A stretch of 64,000 bases of DNA from Eledone cirrhosa (taxonomy: Eukaryota): assembly GCA_964016885.1 (NCBI GenBank), contig OZ024742.1:29884001-29948000 (forward strand), given 5' to 3'. Position 1 is the stretch's first letter. Each line of letters starts with the position of its first letter. The notes under the pieces are model-generated. The model did not search any database, was not told the DNA's origin, and saw nothing but the letters and a program-made list of their open reading frames with translations. Below are positions 55,571 through 64,000 of this stretch, one piece after another. Position numbers and translations under genes: made by a program.

Positions 55571-56254
55571 GTGAAGAAGTGAAGAGGAAAGGGGGAGCGC
55601 CTCCTCTCTGGGCTTCCCCCGCGAAAAGAGTTGCACACTTTTCGGGGGTATGTGCAATCCCCAACACGCCCCCTCCCTTTTGAGGACTTTTTATTGTTAT
55701 ATTATTATTGTTATTCCTTTTTTCTTTACTCGATTTATGTAAACTCCCCCACTGTGTAAATGTCCCCTTCTTTTGTGCCCTCGTGGCAAATAAATAGAAA
55801 TTTATCTATCTATCTATCTATCCGTCTTGCTAACACTCTATCTTATTGTCTGGATGTCCGACTCCCTGATTGACCGACTATATGTTGAAATAAGGAGGCC
55901 AAGTTTTTATCAGAATGTTTTGATTGGTTGCTATAGCGAATAGCGAAAGTAAAAGTGAAAGCAAAAGCGAAAATAAAAGAGGAAGAAGAGAAAGAAGTGG
56001 GTGAGGTTGGAGAAACGGAAAACGTAATAACGCTAAATATTATCTCAGGATATTTAATGTGTGTCTACCGTATATAAAGCTTGCTTGCCTTTATTGACCA
56101 CACTTATTGAGTGAGATATCATTGTGTATCTCTCGCTATCTGGACAAATTGATGACCGAAGGGAGAGAACAAATATTTGTGGGAGATATTTTTGTCAGGT
56201 GAACAGTTATTAATAAAACAACAACAGCAACAATAGTAACAATAGCAATAATGG

Positions 56255-56340
56255 TGAAGAAGAAGAAGAAGAAGAAGAAGAAGAAGAAGAAGAAGAAGAA
56301 GAAGAAGAAGAAGAAGAAGAAGAAGAAGAAGAAGAAGAAG

Positions 56341-56377
<37 letters not shown>
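56255..56377. repeat. (GAA)n followed by (CAA)n microsatellite
   Basis: Direct reading. Confidence 0.9.
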
Positions 56378-56378
<1 letters not shown>

Positions 56379-56487
56379 GGAAACAATAAAAATATATATA
56401 AAACAAAGATTGAAGCCGTTTTCCAATGACGTCTTTATTGTTCATACTGTTGTTATGGTTGTTTTTCTTCTTCTTTTTCTTCTAACA

Positions 56488-56952
56488 CTACTACTACTAC
56501 TACTACTACTACCACTGCTACTACTACTACCACCACTACTACTACTACCGCCACTACTACAACTACTATGACTACTACTACCATCACTACTACTACCACT
56601 GCTACTACTACTACCACCACTACTACTACTACCACCACTACTACAACTACTATGACTACTACTACCACTGCTACTACTACTACTACTACTACCACTACCA
56701 CTACCACTACTACTACTACCACTACTTCTACTATTACTACAACTACCATCACTACCACTAATACTACTACTACCACTGCTACTACTACTACTACCACTAC
56801 TACTACTACTACCACTACTACTACTACTACCACTGCTACTACTACTACTACCACTACTACTACTACCACTACTACTGCCACTACTTCTACTATTACTACT
56901 ACTACCATCACTACCACTACTACTACCACTACCACTACTACTACCATCACTA

Positions 56953-56993
<41 letters not shown>

Positions 56994-57174
56994 GCTACTT
57001 CTACTATTACTACTACTACCATCACTACCACTACTACTACCACTTCCACTACTACTACCACCATCACTACTACCACTACTATTACTAATACTACTACTAC
57101 TGCTACTTCTACTATTACTACGACTACCATCACTACCACTACTACTACCACTACCACTACTACTACCATCACTA

Positions 57175-57212
<38 letters not shown>

Positions 57213-57282
57213 GCTACTTCTACTATTACTACTACCATCACTACCACTACTACTACCACTACCACTACTACTACCATCACTA

Positions 57283-57326
<44 letters not shown>

Positions 57327-57390
57327 GCTATTACTACTACTACCATCACTACCACTACTACTACCACTACCACTACTACTACCATCACTA

Positions 57391-57443
<53 letters not shown>

Positions 57444-57525
57444 GCTATTACTACTACTACCATCACTACCACTACTACTACCACTACCACTACTACTACC
57501 ATCACTACTACCACTACTACTACTA
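56488..57525. repeat. (ACT/ACC)n cryptic trinucleotide array with about 110-bp higher-order repeats
   Basis: Direct reading; recurring TATTACTACTACTACCATCACTACC motif. Confidence 0.9.
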
Positions 57526-58347
57526 GTACTTTGACTTTTGCTGCTGATGTGATTCTTTCTAAAGGCCATTCTTGATGTTGTTGTTGTTGTTGTACTGTTG
57601 TTGCTTCTGTTGTGTTTACGGCTATTGTTCTCAATATTGCTGTTGCTGTTGTTGTTGATGTGGACGCCGTCTGGTCCAATAGTTACGAGGTTCACTACAC
57701 AATCATTAGTTCTCAGGATCAAACTACACAGTGTGCCATCTTGGACATGTGTCATATACCGTAGCCTAGTGTCGACCTGTGCCTTGTCAGAGAAATTGGG
57801 TGGACCGGAATTGTTTGGATGCCTGTTAGATGCAGAGTTGGATTCAAACCGTGGGGAAGCCGGGACTTTTCAGGTGGGGAGGGGGGCGGGGGGGCATCAT
57901 ACACTAAAAATAGATACATAGCGCCACCACACCTTCCCAACTTTACATATCAAAGTTAGATTGGTGCAAGTAATTGGAATAGAAAAGTTATACATACAGG
58001 TATTAAATTAAAAAATTCTAACCGTCTTAAAACTATAATTACCAGCTGAGGGCACAAATATATTGTTACGGTCGTCGCTAGTGGGGTCCCCACTGCAGGG
58101 AGCCCGGGGCAATTGCGCCCCATTGAATCCTGTCCTGGTCGGATGGACTGCACTTTTAATTCAAAGAGACAGCCTTCTCAGACTTTATGTCACGCTGAAT
58201 CTCCCTGTGATTTGCAATAAGGGTACACGTGTCTGTGGAATGCTCAACCACTTACCCGTTAATTTCATATGCAGGCTGTTATATTGATCGAAACAACTGG
58301 AACACACATCGCCAAAACCGACGGAGTTCCACCACCATCATCATCAC

Positions 58348-58388
<41 letters not shown>

Positions 58389-58799
58389 ATGTCATAAATA
58401 CTCTTTCTTGTTTCTCTTTCCGGATTAATTGTTTATTATTTTACCACCACCACCATCACAGCCACCAACACCACCACCAACCTACCACCACCACAACAAC
58501 CGCCAACATCACCGCCATGTTTCCATCTGCTTTTGTCTAGTCTTGATGTAAGCTTTAGTTCTGTAAATAATATTTGGTTGAAAGAAATCTTCCAAAATTA
58601 CTTTCCGTGGTTTTTCACAGAATTTATTTCATTCCTCTTGTGTTTTATTCTCTTAATTTTAACTTAATAATAGTTAAAATATATCTTAACTTAATAAACT
58701 GGAAATTGATTTTAGAAATATTTACCTTGTCTGCTGCCTAAGAACAAAGGGATTCTATAATATATAAATATATATATGTATATATATATATATAAACTA

Positions 58800-58831
<32 letters not shown>

Positions 58832-58884
58832 ATATATTTGTGCCGCTTATTTTGTTATTTTTGTTGCTTCTGTTTACATTTTAT

Positions 58885-58917
<33 letters not shown>

Positions 58918-58925
58918 CGTATACG

Positions 58926-58964
<39 letters not shown>

Positions 58965-59047
58965 AAAGGAATCAAGAAGCGAGCAAGCAAGATGTTGCTC
59001 TACCATAAAGTGGTATTAGTTTCAGGCTTAAAAGAAACACAGTGAGT

Positions 59048-59139
<92 letters not shown>

Positions 59140-59459
59140 TGTATATATATATATATAGAGAGAGAGAGAGGGGGTTGAATATATAGAGAGATGGGGGATA
59201 TCGAGAGAGATAGAGAGATAGATAGATAGATTTCTTTATTTGCCACTAGGGCACAAGAGAAAGGGACAAATACACAGGGGGGAGTTTACATAAATGCGAG
59301 TAAAGAAAAAGGCATAACAATAAGAATAATAAAATAATAAAAAGTCCTCAAAAGGGAGGGGGCGTGTTGGGGATTGCACATACCCCCGAAAAGTGTGCAA
59401 CCCTTTTCGCGGGGGAAGCCCAGGGAGGAGGCGCTTCCCTTTCCTCTTCACTTCTTCAC

Positions 59460-62400
59460 CTACAGAACAATGTAGAGAGAAGGCCCATTTACACGAGCTA
59501 TTCTCGCCACTTTCACCCACCTTTCATAAAACTGTCTGGGACCAAGCACTTCTCTCTCCATCCTGATCCTTCTTCCGAAGTGGTATCGGAAGAAGTAAAC
59601 CAGGTGATGGCCGGAGAGAAAGTCACCCGACATCAGACCTTTCAGGCGTGTCCACCACACAACCTCTTTCTTCATGGCTATTACGCACAGAAAGACCGCC
59701 TCTGCTTCATTTCTGAAGGGAGGAGGCGGCTTGATGTTCACCACAGACTCGGCGGCCAATCGAATCGGCGCCACACGCGACAGCAGTCGTTCGACGTAGC
59801 CCCACAGATCGGCAACGCCCGGGCAGTGTACTAGTGCGTGCGCAACGGTTTCCTCGTCGCGCACGCATCTGGGACAGATCTTTTTCGCGGTATCCCTGCC
59901 CGAGCGCCCGTGTCTGTAGAGCTTTTCTCGAACGGGCAGAGCCCCCCGGTAGCACTGCCAGGCTAGGGACCTCTGGAAGTTGTCCATGGGTCCAGGGCCG
60001 AAGGTTCTACCGAACAGGCTGGCCAGTTCGTCCTCCTCCATGCCTAGCGACTCTCCAAGGGTGTCGTCGCCCCTGCTAGCCACCAGCCCTCTATAGAATG
60101 TCGAGGTGGATTCTCCACTGATAGTCGGGTCCGCTTGCCAGACAGCCGTGAGCGCCTGGGCACACTCGGTGTGCCAGTTGCCCAGTTTTCTCGGTCTTTG
60201 CTTCACCCAGGATTGCAGCTCGGTGAGCGAGACGAGCTGTGGGAAGGCTCGCCTCACAAACGGGGCCCACACCGGCTGACCGGTGAGGAATACCTGTAGA
60301 TGCCGTAGCCTCAATGCGTGCCTACGCATCAACAGCCACGGCATACCCAGCCCTCCTTTCGAAGGGTGCTGGCAGCAGATGGATCTCCTCACCATGGGAG
60401 GCCGCTCTTCCAGAGGAACTGGAAGAGCATGCGCTCCATGATGGTGAGCGTTTCCTTGGGGCAAGACACGACGGTCAGGCGGTAGTAGATGACGGACGCT
60501 ATGTAAGCGTTCGTCACCTCCGCCCGACCTTTCAGTGATAGTTTGCACTTGGCCCACTTCTGGGTCAGCGCAAACACCCTGCTCGTCACCTCGCCCCAAT
60601 TCTTCTCCACCTGGAGGTCCGGTCCGAACCAGACCCCGAGCAGCTTCACCGGGCCCTCCGTCTACCGCCCGACGACACCGTCTAACGGCATCGGTTTGCC
60701 CCTCCACGTTCCGAGTTGCAAACCGACTGACTTGTCCCGGTTCAGCCTAGCCCCCGTCAGCCTTTCGTATTCCTCCAGTAGGGTGGCGATCGCCCCGATT
60801 TCCGAGGCGTCCGCCACCATTACTGTTACGTCGTCGGCATAGGCCGAGACCGCTTTGTGCAATCCCGGTTCCAGGGGTATGCCCCGCAGCAACTCCAACT
60901 TCCGCAGCAGTGGCTCGAGAGCCAATACGTACAGAAGGGAGAAGAGGGGGCACCCCTGCCTGATGGACCCGGGTGATTTGAAACGGTTCCGAGAGGTAGC
61001 CGTTTACTTTAACCCTAGAGCAGACGTTGCCACTGTGCATGGCAGAAATCCAGCCCCTGAAAACGGGTCCGAAGCCCGCCGCCGCTAGCACCGCATCCAG
61101 GTAACCATGGTCGACCCTATCGAACGCCTTAGATTGATCCAAGTTGATCAGGGCCCCACCAAAGCCGGGTTCGTTCCCAACCCTCTCTACGATGTATCGC
61201 ATGAGGTGGAGGTTGTCGTGAATGGATCTGGACGGGATAGCGCATGTCTGCGCGTCTCCCACCAAACCACCCACCACAAGCGCCAACCTCTTCGCCAACA
61301 CCTTGGCCAAAATCTGTAACTCTGCATTCAGCAGAGTTATGGGCCTAAAGTTACTTAAGTCGTCCCCCTTGCCCTCGTCCTTCCTCACTAGCGTGACTAC
61401 GCCCTTGGTCACAGAACAGGGAATTCTCCCGTTCTGTTGCCAGTTGCAATAGACAGCCTCGAGGAGTTCGGAGAACAAGACCGGCATAGCTAAATAAAGT
61501 TAGTAGGGTAGACCATCGAGACCCGGAGATTTGCGTCTGCTGCATTGGATGAGCGCTTCACCGATTTCAGTGGCTGTGATTGGCCTTTCGCAGCACTCCG
61601 CTTCGCCGCTCGAAAGACGCGGTAGACCGTCGAGGTATGGACCGAAGTCCACATCCCCGTCCGGCCCCCCTCCCTCTCCGAACAGTCGTGCAAAGTGCCT
61701 TTGAAAGGCCTCGCACATCCGCTCAGGTTCAAGGATCACCTGTCCGTCCTGGTCTCGCAAAGACCGAATGGTGGATTTAATCCCACTCTTGGCTTCTGTC
61801 ACGCGGGCCCAGCTAACAGCGTTGGTCCCCTCGTTTCCTAAAGCACGTATTTTACTTCGGACAACGCAGCCTTCGTGCTTGGCGTCAAAGAACTGGCTCA
61901 ACGCCGTTCTCGACGCTAACACTCTGGCCACGTCTCCGCTCCTAATCGCCTCTTCTAGTTTATCTGTTAACTCCCTTTCCCTCCTATTTCTATTCGCCGC
62001 TAGTTCCTTACTGTAACCTATCGAACTTACTTTAATCTCTCTCTTTAGAGATACCCACCACCTGCTGTTGACGATCACTCCCGTCAACCGCATCTTAACT
62101 AAGCTACTAATCCGGTTCCTGTAAGCTTCCTTTGCCGGCAAGGACAAGTTCATCTTCCAGTAACCGGGACCCTGTCTATGCGTTCTATCAAGGTTGACCA
62201 CGCAGGTCACTAATTTGTGATCTGAATAGCCAACCATGAGCAATTCTGGACAACTAAATACGTCCCTATCCTTACTCCTAACCAAAAACCTATCTAGGTA
62301 CGATCTAGATTGACCACTGCGGTTTGCCCAGGTCCAGGTTGGCACAGTTGGAAAATCTAGTCGAAATCTATCGACCAGGTCGAATCGATGGAGTAACCCC

Positions 62401-62888
62401 TTGAGGCTGCTACACCCCCCTCTATCGGGACATGCCCCTGCATAGTCCCAACGCGCATCTAGAAATCCATTCCAGTCGCCCACTAAAAGCAGGGAATGCG
62501 ACGTTCCTAGAAAAGTCTCCAGACGCTGGAAGAAGTCGGCTCTTTCAGCCCCGAAGGGGGCATAAAGACCGACCAGTCTGAAAGCCCCGCCTTCACCGCC
62601 TCCGACGTCCAGCACCAGTAATCGACCCCCTGGGTCCGAGTGAACAATCTGTACGTCGAGAGCCAGACGTTTATCCAGCAGTACGGCAACCCCACCCCCG
62701 CCTCCGTGTTGACAGAGAGATGCGTGCATCTCAAAGTCATCGAAGGCGGGAGCCAGCTGTCGCACGCTGCTGATCCGACTCTCGCAAACAACCATCACAT
62801 CTATACTTCGTGACCTGAGGTCACTTAGAAGCTTTGCTTGCTTCCAAGCTGAGCCCAGGCCACGCGCATTCAAACAGCCAACTCTCAA
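59460..62888 (-). pseudogene. Disrupted ORF2 of copy 4
   Basis: Premature stops at about 61500 (GLPY*) and about 60662 (TGG->TAG); frameshifts near 60965 and 60405. Confidence 0.9.
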
Positions 62889-62893
62889 TTGAT

Positions 62894-64000
62894 CTATTTT
62901 GGTGTTGAAAGTGAAGAAAGAAAAGCACCTACCTCTCCGGGTTGTGTAATTTCCATGGGATCGGGTGTGTTGGGTGGAGGGATGTTTTGTGGTAGTGTGG
63001 GGGTATCCGAGTGTGGTGGGGTTGGGGTATTTGGAGTTGTGTCAGGGAGAGGGGAGGTTATGGGGAAATCTTTCAAGAGGACGCGATTCAACGGTTTTAA
63101 ACAGGGGGGGCTCACGTCCCGTCTAAATTGTTCTTTTAAGGAACGATAAAGGTCCAGAGGGACCTTTATCATTTTTAAATGGGTGAAGTTCTCTGTTGAG
63201 ATAAAGTTTGGCCCTTCGGTCTGCACCAAAGGGCTATTGTTTATTAATTTAAACAGTTTTTTTGTTTTCTTTATTTATATATGTGTATTGCAACGTCTTT
63301 TTTTGTGATGTTGTCAATGTTTCGAAGGGGGGAGGCGCAGATTTATTTTTGTTTGTCGAGGGTGGGGTGTTTTTGATTGGAGTTGGTGTTTGTGTGTGGG
63401 TTATTTGTTGTGGTGGTGTGCTGGGTGTGTGCTTTCGTTTTTTTCTTTTAACTTGTCTGAAGGCTTCTCCTCCTTCTTCTTCAGAAGTTGGGGGAAACTC
63501 TTCAGCGCTAGGTGGGAGGGACGTGGTGTCTGGTTGTTTTTTTTGCGGGAGGGGTATATTTGTTGCTGTTTTTTTTATTATTAGTTTGGAATGTGTTTTG
63601 TGGTGGTGGTGGTGGTGATGTTTGTGTCGTGCTTGTGGTTTGTGATGGTGGTGATGATGTTTTTGTTGTGGTTGGTGATGGTGGTGGTGATTTTTGTGTC
63701 GTGCTTGTGTTTGGTGCTGGTGGTGGTGATGTTTGTGTTGTGCTTGTGGTTGGTGGTGTCTGTATTTTGTTTGCTGTGTGTGGTATTAATGTATTTTTGG
63801 AGGTGGGTGGTGTTGGTGTACTGTTTGTGGTGGGTGTGGGCAATAGTCCTTTTTGGGGGATACGATTCTGGCAGTTAGCCTTAACGTGTCCCCTTTCCAT
63901 GCATGAATAGCATGCTGGTCTTCTCCCCTCTACAATTATATATATTGGGGTGAGGTCATCCAGCCAGATGCGATCCGGGATTTGCGCTATTCTATCGGGC
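62894..64000 (-). pseudogene. Disrupted ORF1 (3' half) of copy 4
   Basis: Matches ORF1 (ERGHVKANC...SSLSTPK) but broken by frameshifts, for example near 63540. Confidence 0.85.

Larger units (their letters stand above)
50099..55802 (+). mobile_element. Full-length Tx1-type LINE, copy 3
   Basis: Same ends, offset 5733 bp from copy 2; followed by (TATC)5 and then unique flank CGTCTTGC. Confidence 0.95.
59231..64000 (-). mobile_element. Older, degraded copy 4 of the same Tx1-type LINE (5' part outside the window)
   Basis: Reverse complement aligns to the 3' UTR, ORF2 and 3' half of ORF1; its 3' end GGCAAATAAAGAAA runs into TC(TATC)3 (GATA tract 59217-59230). Confidence 0.93.

Noticed and set aside
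56442-57755. 437-aa Ser/Gly-rich ORF and overlapping poly-Val and poly-Thr ORFs
   Set aside because: Several frames are open simply because of the ACT/ACC repeat; no unique domain or splice context.

Overview
AT-rich, microsatellite-saturated animal DNA; the repeat types suggest a cephalopod (octopus-like) genome, which is inference. No host protein-coding gene can be supported. The main feature is a head-to-tail array of three intact, full-length (5,704 bp) Tx1-type LINEs at 38653-55802. Each has a zinc-knuckle ORF1 and an APE-RT-zinc-finger ORF2. Each is bounded only by (TATC)n tracts of different length. A fourth, decayed copy on the minus strand (59231-64000) also ends in TATC. This points to a (TATC/GATA)n-targeting retrotransposon that stacks into its own tails. 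Its ORF2 has no AUG ahead of the endonuclease, and its 3' UTR has a conserved H-type pseudoknot. The first 30 kb holds Penelope-like fragments (GIY-YIG and RT), an RLE-type LINE end, RTE ends and tRNA-derived SINEs. It also holds several short non-coding families carrying type I hammerhead ribozymes, some in tandem or permuted, retrozyme-like arrangements. There are two long minisatellites: one arose inside an RTE LINE, and one carries a let-7 seed match in most units. Edges of degraded repeats are approximate.
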